The notes under the pieces: generated by a model
The model's input: the letters and a program-made list of their open reading frames with translations, nothing else
Told to the model about the DNA's origin: nothing
Databases searched by the model: none
Shown: positions 46,956-57,136 of the stretch, one piece after another
Numbering within the stretch: the first letter of the stretch is position 1
Layout: each line of letters begins with the position of its first letter
Program-made: the position numbers and the translations under genes
IMG/VR virus record: IMGVR_UViG_3300018012_000099
DNA length: 64,000 nucleotides
Source of the DNA: a virus
Lineage: Duplodnaviria; Caudoviricetes
Strand: one strand, 5' to 3'

Positions 46956-48176
46956 ATGCCAGATAATGAAACATTTTTTCAAAAACTGACCGATATTAAT
47001 TTTACGGTGAAAAATCTTTCACCTATCAGGAAAATACATATCTTCAATTACCCTATTTTCCCTGGTCAGACCCGAGATCTATTAGCCATTCCAGAGATTT
47101 CAGAAGCAGATATCCGACACTCTTTAATTAAAGGAGAGCTGGCTAATTTTATTCGCATGGGAGTGATCGATATTGTATCTAGCAGTATAGATTTGGTACA
47201 AGAAGATGCTAGTCAAGAAAATTTTTTAGTTAATGCGGGTTTGGTTGTTAATTCTCTGTTAGAGGCGCCCTTTACACAAACACAAACCGTATATGTTAAT
47301 AAGGCAGGTAGTGATACTTTAGGGACAGGTTCCTTGGTTCTACCATTTCAAACTATTAGTCATGCTCTTTCAGTCATTACAGACGCTTCACAAACTAAAG
47401 TATACAATATTACTGTAGGTGCCGGAGAATATACTGAAGATCTTCTCATTCGCCCTTGGGTTGGTATAACTGGGGTGCCCGGAACCAGCGCTTTTGAAGG
47501 ATTAACTACTGTTACTGTTAATTCTATTAGTTTTTCTCCATTATGGGCTGGTCCTACTTATAATGTGTCTTGGATGAGTCACATTACTTTTAATAATCAG
47601 CCTATATTTAATTTTAGCACTTTAAGCAGTATAAATGGACAATTAACATTTTTCGATTGCTTATTTAATTCTGGTGCCACTTATATTGGTGCTGGTAGTG
47701 GTAATGTTAATAATATTAATTGGGACGATTGCTTATCTTATGCCTTAGTTACCGTTAAAGACTGTCAATTTTTCTTTATGACTGGCGGATCACTAATTCA
47801 GATTACTGGCGGAGGTAATGCTCTTGATATTACTTCCACTGTGGAGGCAACTACTTGGTTAGCCTTACAGTGTGCTGTGAATGGCAATGTTAACTTACAT
47901 ACTCCTTTAATTAATCCAGTAGTGACCGCTCAATTGGTGGGGTGCGCGGTAGTAGGTACTCTAACTCTTAATGGCAATGTTACTTACACTTCCACGGCTA
48001 CTGGAATACCATCCAGTATTACATTGTTAAATTCTGCACCGCCACCCGTATTATCCACACAGGCCAATGCTATAGGATATGTCCCTACATCCAATGCCAA
48101 TTGGAATAATAGCGCCCCCACCACCGTTACTGCTGCTTTAGACCGTATTGCCGCTAAAATAGGTCCTATTTCATAA
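46956..48176 (+). CDS. Spike/fibre-like protein with a beta-helix-like region
   Basis: Start after GGAG; N-terminal domain shared with the 50230 protein; VYVNKAGSD..GTGS..LPFQTISHAL...ITVGAGEY lead-in typical of pectin-lyase-like beta helices; C-terminal TTVTAALDRIAA. Confidence 0.65.
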   Translation: MPDNETFFQKLTDINFTVKNLSPIRKIHIFNYPIFPGQTRDLLAIPEISEADIRHSLIKGELANFIRMGVIDIVSSSIDLVQEDASQENFLVNAGLVVNSLLEAPFTQTQTVYVNKAGSDTLGTGSLVLPFQTISHALSVITDASQTKVYNITVGAGEYTEDLLIRPWVGITGVPGTSAFEGLTTVTVNSISFSPLWAGPTYNVSWMSHITFNNQPIFNFSTLSSINGQLTFFDCLFNSGATYIGAGSGNVNNINWDDCLSYALVTVKDCQFFFMTGGSLIQITGGGNALDITSTVEATTWLALQCAVNGNVNLHTPLINPVVTAQLVGCAVVGTLTLNGNVTYTSTATGIPSSITLLNSAPPPVLSTQANAIGYVPTSNANWNNSAPTTVTAALDRIAAKIGPIS

Positions 48177-48178
48177 TT

Positions 48179-49471
48179 TTAACGTAATACCGCTTGTCGA
48201 AGCATTTCTAACAGATATTCTTTATCATTATGCTCGGGATGTTCCAAAATTTCCTGATAGCAAACATCTAAAAGTGCCTTCATTCTGGGACCGGGGGTCA
48301 TTCCCGCTTTTAGAAGATCGTCTCCGTTAATTTGCATAGCCTTACGAGAATGTACCGTGGTATCTTGGTATTTTGCCAGCAGCGTTTCCGCAGGCACGTC
48401 CATGGCTCTGGTTAACTTTATAAATTCATTATAGGTATGCTCCCATGGGTCGGGGGCTTCATTCTTGAACTTTGCTATAAACTTCCTGTAGGGAAACGCT
48501 CCGTCTTCTAGGTGCTGAAAATCTAACAACCTTTGCAGTAGGAAAGCAACTCTCTTGATGGATTTGTTTGAGAATTTAAGATCAATAAGCTCCTGCTCCA
48601 CTAGTAAGTGTGGTAACTTGTTGTAGAGTAAGGCTAAACGGGTTTCTAACTCACCCGCACATTGATTCAGTGACGGAATTAGGGGAAGTTGTCGTCCCAT
48701 CAAGCATGGACAGACAATATCCAAGGCTCCGGACATGTGTAGGTACATAACTCCAGCATGAGGGCGTGAAGTCATAAGAGTTTTGCTTAGTTCGTCATTG
48801 ATACGTTCTTTGGAAACCTTCTTCAAGGTTTCCAAAGAATCTATCATTCCCTGAAAGGTTTCATCATGGATAGCGAAGCCAAAACGTGCAGCGAAACGAG
48901 CTGCTCGCATAATACGTAAACCGTCTTCTTGGAATCGTTTTTGTGGAACCCCCACAGCACGAATGAGACCAATCTTAATGTCTTCGTATCCGTGAAAAGG
49001 ATCCACGCCCACATTGCTTACTGGATCGAAGGCTATGGCGTTGATGGTAAAATCTCGACGAGCCAAATCTTCCGTGATGTTTGTAACAAATTGGACCGAT
49101 GCCGGACGACGTCCATCTCGATATTCACCTTCTACTCGAAAAGTGGTGACTTCGAAATGATTTTCCACGCCTTCGCCCATGCATACCGTCACTGTGCCAT
49201 GTTGCAGTCCCGTAGGAATGGTTCTTTCAAACAGTTGGATGACTTGTTCAGGCGAAGCGTTAGTAGTAATGTCCCAATCTTTGGGCTGTAGTCCAAGATG
49301 TAGGTCTCGTACGCACCCTCCTACGATGTAGGCTTGAAAACCTGGATTCTGTAGAATGTTACAAATTTCGATAGCTTTTGGATGAATTAGGGGCTGAAAA
49401 AGACGATTATGTGACATATGCGGTAACATAAAGTTTAAAATTTGGGTGTCAAGCCCTTTCTTCAGCCGCAC
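48179..49471 (-). CDS. cca: CCA-adding enzyme (class II tRNA nucleotidyltransferase)
   Basis: AYIVGGCVRD, DWDITT, EVTTFR.EGEY.DGRRP loop, DLARRDFTINAIA, EDGLRIMRAARF. Confidence 0.92.
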   Translation of the reverse strand: MRLKKGLDTQILNFMLPHMSHNRLFQPLIHPKAIEICNILQNPGFQAYIVGGCVRDLHLGLQPKDWDITTNASPEQVIQLFERTIPTGLQHGTVTVCMGEGVENHFEVTTFRVEGEYRDGRRPASVQFVTNITEDLARRDFTINAIAFDPVSNVGVDPFHGYEDIKIGLIRAVGVPQKRFQEDGLRIMRAARFAARFGFAIHDETFQGMIDSLETLKKVSKERINDELSKTLMTSRPHAGVMYLHMSGALDIVCPCLMGRQLPLIPSLNQCAGELETRLALLYNKLPHLLVEQELIDLKFSNKSIKRVAFLLQRLLDFQHLEDGAFPYRKFIAKFKNEAPDPWEHTYNEFIKLTRAMDVPAETLLAKYQDTTVHSRKAMQINGDDLLKAGMTPGPRMKALLDVCYQEILEHPEHNDKEYLLEMLRQAVLR

Positions 49472-49518
49472 TTAGATAATATTTCGATATATTATTGTAA
49501 TCTCAATAGGAATTCTAC

Positions 49519-50226
49519 ATGAAGCTTGACCAATTAACAGATCTGTACAGTCTAATTTCTAGAGGTGCCGAAAAAATACGGTTCAGAAAAACATCTATGA
49601 GATTAAGGCAAGCTGAATTTAACTCTGTTACTTTTAATCAGGGATTCACTAAAGTTGCCTTTGATACTCGTAGAATAGATCAAGCAAATCAATATAATCC
49701 TCGTCGTGGACTACAGTACTATAATCGTAGTGAGGCTTTTATCACCGAAGCTATGTCACAAAAAATTAAGAATTTTTCCAAACTCCGTCACGTGCTTAAT
49801 TCTATCAAAGATATTTATGGCCAGGAACCAGAGTGGCAAGATAGCAACGCTCGTGTATTATTAACTACTTTAGATAATGGCTTGCGCACTATTATTAAGG
49901 ATGGCGATTTTACTGAAGCACAACCTGGATTAGGCAGTTTTAATTATATTGAAGAGTTATTACATGTTAGATATCGTCTTGGTTTTGATGATTTGGTTAG
50001 TATGAGTGAGCTTGATTTACGACAAGTTATCTTAGCTAAAGATGAAGAGTTAACTAGGAAGGATGTGTCTCAATCTTTAGAGATCACTAAGAAAGATGTA
50101 ATCACTAAAGATTACGATTCTTTGATCGAAAAATTGTTTGATGGATGTAAGGCAAGTGCAGATAACCCCGATGTAGAGAGGACTATTAGCATAACTATTA
50201 GAGACCGATTCCATAAAGAAGGATAA
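49519..50226 (+). CDS. Hypothetical protein
   Basis: 235 aa; FTKVAF; preceded by an ATW-N6-YAT motif at 49477-49491. Confidence 0.72.
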   Translation: MKLDQLTDLYSLISRGAEKIRFRKTSMRLRQAEFNSVTFNQGFTKVAFDTRRIDQANQYNPRRGLQYYNRSEAFITEAMSQKIKNFSKLRHVLNSIKDIYGQEPEWQDSNARVLLTTLDNGLRTIIKDGDFTEAQPGLGSFNYIEELLHVRYRLGFDDLVSMSELDLRQVILAKDEELTRKDVSQSLEITKKDVITKDYDSLIEKLFDGCKASADNPDVERTISITIRDRFHKEG

Positions 50227-50229
50227 GTT

Positions 50230-50943
50230 ATGAGTAGTGAAAGTAATTTTGCTTATGCTCTTAAATACAATACTCATTTTATTGTAAGAAATATTACAGG
50301 TAGTTCTGTAAACTCACCTTATCAAAAAACTATTTTTATTTTTAATTATCCCATTAATTATGGAGATACTAGAGATATTTTGGCTATCCCTGGAATAGAA
50401 GAAACAAATATTCGTGCTTCGCTTCTCAAAGGCGTATTACGTCACAAGTTATTATGTGGAGATATTCAATTAGTTTCCAGCAATATTGATTTAATTCAGT
50501 TTAGCGATAAACAACGTACTTTTCTTCAAGGTTTTGGATTTGGTAAAGGTATTGCTGTGGGATATAATGAATTAGATGGATATGTACAAAGTCTTTTTGG
50601 TGGCGGGGGTAGTGGAGGAATTACACCACAACAGCATGAAACACTTAGGCAACTTATTCATTTCATATCGGATGGTCCGGGTGATGGATTTGCTACAGGC
50701 GCCGTTAGAATTATCAGTCCAGCAGGGAGCTCATTCCCTACCTCAATAATATGGTATTTAGATGGTACGCTAACTACTAAATTAGTAGAAAGATTAAATG
50801 TATGGGACAGTAATGGTATGCCGTCCACTATTACTTGGAATATGTACGATTTAGATGGTATTACTATTATTCATACCATAATAGATACGATTACATACGT
50901 CAACAATATTTTTGAAACAACAAGAGTTAGGACGATCATATGA
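50230..50943 (+). CDS. Hypothetical structural protein sharing an N-terminal domain with the 46956 protein
   Basis: IFNYPI..G.TRD.LAIP.I.E..IR.SL.KG.L...VSS.IDL conserved in both. Confidence 0.75.
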   Translation: MSSESNFAYALKYNTHFIVRNITGSSVNSPYQKTIFIFNYPINYGDTRDILAIPGIEETNIRASLLKGVLRHKLLCGDIQLVSSNIDLIQFSDKQRTFLQGFGFGKGIAVGYNELDGYVQSLFGGGGSGGITPQQHETLRQLIHFISDGPGDGFATGAVRIISPAGSSFPTSIIWYLDGTLTTKLVERLNVWDSNGMPSTITWNMYDLDGITIIHTIIDTITYVNNIFETTRVRTII

Positions 50944-51581
50944 ATAATCTGTGTTCAATATATAAAGTTACTAATAAAACCAATGGTAAAATTTATATTG
51001 GTCAAACTTGGCTTACTTTACGAAAAAGATGGCGGTTTCACTCTAATGATAAAAGTGGTTGCATTAAATTACGAACAGCTATTAAAAAATATGGTATTAA
51101 TAGTTTTAGTATAAATCTTATTACTCTTTGTGGAACACAAGAGTCTGCTGACTATTGGGAAGATTATTTTATTAAACACTATGATGCCATTAAAAATGGC
51201 TACAATATAAAAGAAGGCGGTAGTCGTGGCAAATGGTCAGAAGAAAGTAAAATGAAGCTTTCAAAATCTAACATGGGACATTTAGTTAGTAATGAAACAA
51301 GAAAAAAATTATCTGTTTCTCATAGCGGCAAAGAATTTTCGGAAAAACATAAGCAGAATATATCAAGATCTCATATGGGCAAAATACATACTCAAGAAAC
51401 TAAAGAAAAAATGCGTGGAGAAAATAATGCACGCGCCAAACTTAACAAAGATCAAATAAATGAGATAATTAATTTATATAGCACTGGTAATTATTCATCC
51501 AGGCAGCTTGCTAAAAAATTCGGTATTGGCAAGACGCAAATTCTTAGAATAATTAACAAAAAATCCTGGGTTAATATTTAA
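50940..51581 (+). CDS. GIY-YIG homing endonuclease
   Basis: SIYKVTNKTNGKIYIGQT...GYN; NUMOD3-like HLVSNETRKKLS / HTQETKEKM; C-terminal HTH. Confidence 0.9.
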   Translation: MNNLCSIYKVTNKTNGKIYIGQTWLTLRKRWRFHSNDKSGCIKLRTAIKKYGINSFSINLITLCGTQESADYWEDYFIKHYDAIKNGYNIKEGGSRGKWSEESKMKLSKSNMGHLVSNETRKKLSVSHSGKEFSEKHKQNISRSHMGKIHTQETKEKMRGENNARAKLNKDQINEIINLYSTGNYSSRQLAKKFGIGKTQILRIINKKSWVNI

Positions 51582-51590
51582 GGTGAACTA

Positions 51591-53339
51591 ATGTCAAACG
51601 AATCACCCGCAGCCATTTTATTTGACGAATTAGGTAATCCGGTTGGGGTTATGTTCGATGGATATGCGTATCGATTACAAGTAGAAGCTAAATTAGCCTC
51701 TAATGTAGATAATTTTTTATCGTCAGATCGATCTATTTTTGGGAGCGGTGTAATAGCAGATAGACTTTCGCAAGTATCTGCCAGTTTTGTAGGACAGCTA
51801 ACAGATACATTTAATAATAATATTGGTCAAATTACTTCTGGTAGCGGCTCAATTAATATTTCTAACAGTGTACTACAAGTTTCATCTGGTACTGATAATA
51901 CATCTACTGTTCAAGTATTTACCAATAGCACTACAAAATATTATCCAGGCAGAGAAATTTATGTGCAATTTACCGCAGGGTTTACCATTCCAACCGATGT
52001 TAATAGTGAACAACAAGCTGGTTTATATGATGGGTACAATGGATTCTTTATTGGTTATCATGGGACAATATTTGGACTCACGATTCGTAATCTTTCAATG
52101 GATTCTTTTGTTCCTCTATCTTCTTGTAATGGAGATTTGTTGGATGGTAATATCAACAGTAAGTTTACTCGAGATAATGTACCAGAGGTTCTTAATTTTA
52201 CCTTTTCCAATGTTTATCGCATTAGATTTGGGTGGCTAGGCAGCGCCCCCATATTATTTCAGATAATGGCACCAGATGGTCAATGGGTAACATTCCACAC
52301 CATACGACAACCAAATACAAGTTCTATGCCAGGTATTGCGGATCCAAATTTGCCAATTACTTTTGAAATTATAAAGAATAGTTCCGATACCAATAATATT
52401 CAAATAACTACCAGTTCTTGGGACGCTGGTATAGTCGATAGCTCTCAGAGTCCTTTTAGGATTGTTCCAACATTTTCTTTATTAAACTCTACTAGCGAAT
52501 TATTAGATGGCTATGCTTCGTTTATCGGAATTTCAGAAGATGTTTCCACTTATGTTTCTATAGATATTACCGTATTATCCGATCAAATTAGTGATGTTAA
52601 TGGATTATTATTAGAATGGTCTCAAGATGGTATTATTTTTGCTTATCCTGAAAAGTTTACCATTTTACCTGGTCTGGGAGCCTTTTATTCTTTTGCACCA
52701 AGAGCTAAATATTTTAGATTAACATATACAAACGGTCCGGTAAATCAAACACAATTTTCTTTAACAACTGTTTATTATCCGGTTAACCGATCTATTTACG
52801 TACAAAATTTAAATACTGATATTGCTGCACAAAGAGCTACCGATGTAGTTAGATCTGTTTTGGCCGCTCAGAAAACAGGTGGTATTAACAGTGATTATAC
52901 TAATTTACAGGCAACTGATGATGGTATTCTAAAAGTTATCTCTGAAATTACAGATAGTGTTAATGGTCCGGTGGCTGTTAAATCTCCGTTTACTGCCGCC
53001 ATAGCGAGTGATCCGGCTTTGGTGGTTGCTATTTCACCTAATAATTCATTTACTGTTACTACAACTAAACCGGCAACCAGCGTCACCTCAAGTGTTTCTG
53101 GTTCTACCTCCAATTCTAATTTTCTACCTTCTAATGGAACTAGGTTAGGTGCTACGATTTACAATGATTCGTCAGCTTTGCTGTACATAAAATTAGGTGC
53201 CGTGGCAAGTGTCACTGATTATACTATTAAACTTTTTCCATTAAGTTATTATGAAGTTCCATATGGCTATACTGGACAAATAGATGGCATTTGGTCAAAT
53301 GCAACCGGATTTGTTAGAATTAGTGAATTAACATCTTAA
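51591..53339 (+). CDS. Fibre/spike-like structural protein (modular)
   Basis: 582 aa, beta-rich; N- and C-terminal modules shared with the 53397 protein, internal module shared with the 54542 protein. Confidence 0.7.
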   Translation: MSNESPAAILFDELGNPVGVMFDGYAYRLQVEAKLASNVDNFLSSDRSIFGSGVIADRLSQVSASFVGQLTDTFNNNIGQITSGSGSINISNSVLQVSSGTDNTSTVQVFTNSTTKYYPGREIYVQFTAGFTIPTDVNSEQQAGLYDGYNGFFIGYHGTIFGLTIRNLSMDSFVPLSSCNGDLLDGNINSKFTRDNVPEVLNFTFSNVYRIRFGWLGSAPILFQIMAPDGQWVTFHTIRQPNTSSMPGIADPNLPITFEIIKNSSDTNNIQITTSSWDAGIVDSSQSPFRIVPTFSLLNSTSELLDGYASFIGISEDVSTYVSIDITVLSDQISDVNGLLLEWSQDGIIFAYPEKFTILPGLGAFYSFAPRAKYFRLTYTNGPVNQTQFSLTTVYYPVNRSIYVQNLNTDIAAQRATDVVRSVLAAQKTGGINSDYTNLQATDDGILKVISEITDSVNGPVAVKSPFTAAIASDPALVVAISPNNSFTVTTTKPATSVTSSVSGSTSNSNFLPSNGTRLGATIYNDSSALLYIKLGAVASVTDYTIKLFPLSYYEVPYGYTGQIDGIWSNATGFVRISELTS

Positions 53340-53343
53340 ATAT

Positions 53344-53358
53344 CAATAAAAAAGCATA
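53344..53358 (+). promoter_or_regulatory. Candidate late promoter CAATAAAAAAGCATA
   Basis: ATW-N6-YAT motif upstream of ATG 53397. Confidence 0.42.
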
Positions 53359-53396
53359 CTGGTAAGTAATACCATTTGAATTATAATGGAGCCTTC

Positions 53397-54101
53397 ATGT
53401 CTAGTCAATCGCCAGCATCAGTTTTGTATAGTTCAGATGGTTATGAATTAGCCTCGATACCTGGCGCCATTATTCCAACTGGCACTCGTGCTATTTTAGT
53501 TGATGGTACAGATGGTACTCACGCACGTACTTTGTTAACTGATGCGCTTGGACGGCTTCAAGTAGTGGGGGCTGGTACCGCGGGCAGTCAGAGTGGCGGT
53601 GTTATTACTATTCAAGGCGATCCATCTGGTACCCCTGTTCCCGTTTCGGGCACGGTCGCAGTTAGTTCTGTTGGCGGTACTGTTACGGTAGCTGGTACTG
53701 TCACTTCGAATCAGGGCGCACCTAATACTCTAACCAATGCTTGGCCAGTTGAAATTACAGATGGCACTAATGTTTTAGGAACCTCCTCTCATCCAGTTAA
53801 TATTACGGGGTCCGTCACTACCAGCAAATCTTCTACTGGCACTATTACTAGTGTATCTGGTTCTGTTACTAGCATCACATTATTAGCTTCAAATGCTAAT
53901 AGAATTTCTGCGACTATTTTTAATGATGCCCCGTCTGGTAACATATTATACATAGCGCTTGCAGCTAGTTCAAGTACTGCGGCTTATACCGTTAAACTGT
54001 GGCCTGGCTCTTACTGGGAATTACCGGTGGATTATACCGGCACTATTTCTGGAATTTGGACTGCAGCCACCGGAAACGCATTAGTGACTGAACTGACTTA
54101 A
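53397..54101 (+). CDS. Fibre-like structural protein (modular)
   Basis: Start MSSQSPAS after GGAG; NAWPVEITDGTN module; C-terminal ..ATIFND...YT.KL.P.SY.E.P..YTG.I.GIW module. Confidence 0.72.
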   Translation: MSSQSPASVLYSSDGYELASIPGAIIPTGTRAILVDGTDGTHARTLLTDALGRLQVVGAGTAGSQSGGVITIQGDPSGTPVPVSGTVAVSSVGGTVTVAGTVTSNQGAPNTLTNAWPVEITDGTNVLGTSSHPVNITGSVTTSKSSTGTITSVSGSVTSITLLASNANRISATIFNDAPSGNILYIALAASSSTAAYTVKLWPGSYWELPVDYTGTISGIWTAATGNALVTELT

Positions 54102-54108
54102 AGGTAAA

Positions 54109-54516
54109 ATGCCGTTATTTTCACCACCGTTGGATATAAAAAGTAACGGCACTGATCTGGGACCAGTTTCTACTATAGATTTTACCACTGGTATTACTGT
54201 TTCTGAAGCTAATGCAGTTGCTACCGTTAGTGATATTGATACGGGCGGTGGCGATGTTACCATGGTAGAAATAGATTTTGGAACTATACCTACTAGATCA
54301 AAAACGTTTGTAGTAACTGATGCGACCATTACGAGTAGTTCTCATATTATGGTGACGCAATCTGGTACCGCCTCTACAGGTCGTTCTGCCGATGAAAATG
54401 AGATGGATCCTATTACTTTTTCAGGCACTCCACAATCTGGACAATTTATTTTAATCGCTAATACCCTTAATGGTCCGGTGGTTGGTAAATATAGGGCGAA
54501 TTACATGGTAGGGTAA
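54109..54516 (+). CDS. Small fibre-associated protein
   Basis: 135 aa, Thr/Gly-rich. Confidence 0.65.
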   Translation: MPLFSPPLDIKSNGTDLGPVSTIDFTTGITVSEANAVATVSDIDTGGGDVTMVEIDFGTIPTRSKTFVVTDATITSSSHIMVTQSGTASTGRSADENEMDPITFSGTPQSGQFILIANTLNGPVVGKYRANYMVG

Positions 54517-54541
54517 ATCACTAATAAGAAAGTATTAAGTT

Positions 54542-56674
54542 ATGGCTATAATTCAATCGGGTTCGTCCTCATCTTTACTCACTGTTGATGCTACATCCAC
54601 AGCAGCACGCGCTACTTTGTATGATATCAGTGGTAACGCCATGTGCGACGTAGCCTCTTTAAACAATATTTTAAACGCTCTCAATGCCAATGTCACATTT
54701 ACGTTGGGAGGGCAATCTACTATTGGTTTTAACGTTGCCGGTACTTCTGGTACTTTAACACTTACTTTTGAAGCCACTATTGATAATTTGAATTGGTTTA
54801 CCATTAACGGTACTCCGTTGGGTGGCGGATCTCCCGTTAGTTCTGTCACGGGAAATGGACAGTGGTTGGCTGACACAGGTGGCTTCTATGCCGTCCGCGC
54901 CCGCATTTCTGCCTTTACCTCGGGATCCATGACGGTGAGTTTAGTGGTTTCTCCTTCACCATCTAAAAATATTGCTCAAAACATAACTACCAGCGGAACC
55001 ATTACCATATCTGGAGCAGTAAATCAAGGCACTCCCAATACGTTAGCTAATGCTTGGCCAGTAGAGATGACTGATGGCACCAATGTGCTAGGTACTTCGT
55101 CACATCCTTTGCGAATGGACCCAACAGGGACGACCACACAACCAGTTTCCGGTACATTAACAACCAATCCAAATCCTATAGCTGATAGAACTGCTACGGG
55201 CACTATCACTGCTAATGGTCAAACTGTCAGCATCAGTACTAATGGTATTGGTACAGTGGGAGTTTTTATTGGCACTACCGCTTGGACTGGAACAATTTCT
55301 TTCGAGGGAACTATTAATGGTACTGACTGGTTTAGCGTAGTTGGTTTGCCAGTTGGCGCTGATACTATTGGTGTTACTTCTACTACTGCTAATGGGCAAT
55401 GGAGAGTAATTGGTTCTGGTTTGCTTGATGTGAGAGTGCACGCGACCGCTGCTATCACTGGTACGGCTACTATCACTCTGGAGGCTAATGCTACGGGCGG
55501 TTTGGTTAAGTCGGCACAAGGCTCGCCGAATTCCATAGCTAATTCATGGCCAGTAGAAGTAACTGACGGTACAAATATTCTTGGAACTTCAAGCCATCCA
55601 GTTCGCACAGATCCAACAGGCTCTACAACTCAACCAGTTTCTATTTCGGGAACGGTACTAGTATCAGGAACAGTTATCGCCAATCAGGGCACTGCAAATA
55701 CAGTTTCTAATGCATGGCCAACATTAATTACAGATGGTACCAATACAGCGGCTGTTAAAGCGGCTAGCACAGGTGCAGTTACTACTGATCCATCAGCAGT
55801 AGTGGCGTTGTCACCAAACTCTCCACTTCCAAATCTGGGTAACGTAGATTCTGGTAATAGCAGTACCGTTGCATTGGGTGCCAGCGCAACCTTTACAGGT
55901 ACTGGAACAAGTGGTCTAGGATACTCTGTTATTGCTGTTTCAGTTATGGCTATTGGCGCTTCAGCTCCACCAGGAACTTTGATTATCGAACAATCATCTG
56001 ATAATACCAACTGGGATGTTCAGGATTCGTATTCAGTAGTTGGTGGTACCGCTTCTCCGACAGGTGAATTTGATATTACTATTAACCTAAGAGCTAAATT
56101 TTATAGGGTTGTTTATGTAAATGGTGCTACCGCTCAAACAGCTTTTAGATTGCAAACTATTACGATTCCAGTCTTCTCTCCACAGTCGGACGCACCAACT
56201 CAAAAGGGTATTCAGGCGAATACATATTTACCAGTTCAGGAACCAAAAGATACTGGTAGAACAGTTAGAACATTTGTTGCCACTAATACTGCTGGTATAG
56301 CTACAGAAGCTATGGTGACACTAACACCTTATACTGGATTTACGGCAGGATCTACAGGAACAAGTTTTACGGTAACGGCAGGTAAAACTCTTAGATTACA
56401 GACTTTAACCGTGTCTGTAAGAACAGCCACTACTACTGGTCTTGGTGCCATCATTAGATTGAGAATTTCTAGCAGCGGCGCAGCAACAACGTCTACTGGA
56501 GCAATGGTTATCGCCGGAGCTTTTTCTGGTGCCGCTACCGGTGGTGTAGGTACTGCTACAGTAAACTTTCCAGATGGTTTGGAACTATCTGGAACACAAC
56601 AATTTGGAATATCAGAATTGGCAAGTAGCACGAGCGCCTTCGTAGATATTTCACTGGTTGGATATGAATACTAA
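54542..56674 (+). CDS. Large Thr/Gly/Ala-rich fibre-like protein with internal repeats
   Basis: 710 aa; three WP.E.TDGTN units, two FE.TI....WF...G.P.G beta domains, C-terminal GYEY domain shared with the 59278 protein. Confidence 0.75.
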   Translation: MAIIQSGSSSSLLTVDATSTAARATLYDISGNAMCDVASLNNILNALNANVTFTLGGQSTIGFNVAGTSGTLTLTFEATIDNLNWFTINGTPLGGGSPVSSVTGNGQWLADTGGFYAVRARISAFTSGSMTVSLVVSPSPSKNIAQNITTSGTITISGAVNQGTPNTLANAWPVEMTDGTNVLGTSSHPLRMDPTGTTTQPVSGTLTTNPNPIADRTATGTITANGQTVSISTNGIGTVGVFIGTTAWTGTISFEGTINGTDWFSVVGLPVGADTIGVTSTTANGQWRVIGSGLLDVRVHATAAITGTATITLEANATGGLVKSAQGSPNSIANSWPVEVTDGTNILGTSSHPVRTDPTGSTTQPVSISGTVLVSGTVIANQGTANTVSNAWPTLITDGTNTAAVKAASTGAVTTDPSAVVALSPNSPLPNLGNVDSGNSSTVALGASATFTGTGTSGLGYSVIAVSVMAIGASAPPGTLIIEQSSDNTNWDVQDSYSVVGGTASPTGEFDITINLRAKFYRVVYVNGATAQTAFRLQTITIPVFSPQSDAPTQKGIQANTYLPVQEPKDTGRTVRTFVATNTAGIATEAMVTLTPYTGFTAGSTGTSFTVTAGKTLRLQTLTVSVRTATTTGLGAIIRLRISSSGAATTSTGAMVIAGAFSGAATGGVGTATVNFPDGLELSGTQQFGISELASSTSAFVDISLVGYEY

Positions 56675-56686
56675 AGGAGATATAAA

Positions 56687-56989
56687 ATGGCAAATAAACC
56701 AACTTTACTAATTAATTTTCAGTTTGATTATGATGGAACAACCGCAACAATAGTGGTAAATCCAAAAACTGGTCCCGTATTTTTAACAAATCAAGTAGGA
56801 TTTACAGAACTAACACCTGCTTTTAATGCTACTGTTACAGGAGTAATTTCTGGAAGCGTAACTATTACAGATAATGCTACTCAGCCAGTTGCAACAACTG
56901 CTTCGGTAGCAGGTGGTAATTTAACAGTTAATATTCCCGCTGGATTTAGCGCCGGACCCTTATATTGTACAGCCACAATTTCTTTTTGA
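56687..56989 (+). CDS. Small beta-rich structural protein
   Basis: 100 aa with RBS AAGGAG. Confidence 0.68.
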   Translation: MANKPTLLINFQFDYDGTTATIVVNPKTGPVFLTNQVGFTELTPAFNATVTGVISGSVTITDNATQPVATTASVAGGNLTVNIPAGFSAGPLYCTATISF

Positions 56990-57136
56990 AAAGAGCTAAT
57001 TAATCAAGCACTAACATTCAATAGTTCAGTAGTTAGCTTTTTATTTTATATCTGTTTGAAAGGAATTAGTTTTAAAAGACTAACATGATATATAAAAGTT
57101 AAACCCCGTGCGACGAAAAGGTGTGTAGACTATGAA

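Noticed and set aside
56990-57050. Possible terminator after the 56687 gene
   Set aside because: Only a short imperfect stem (GAGCTAA/TTAGCTT) with a very long loop; not convincing
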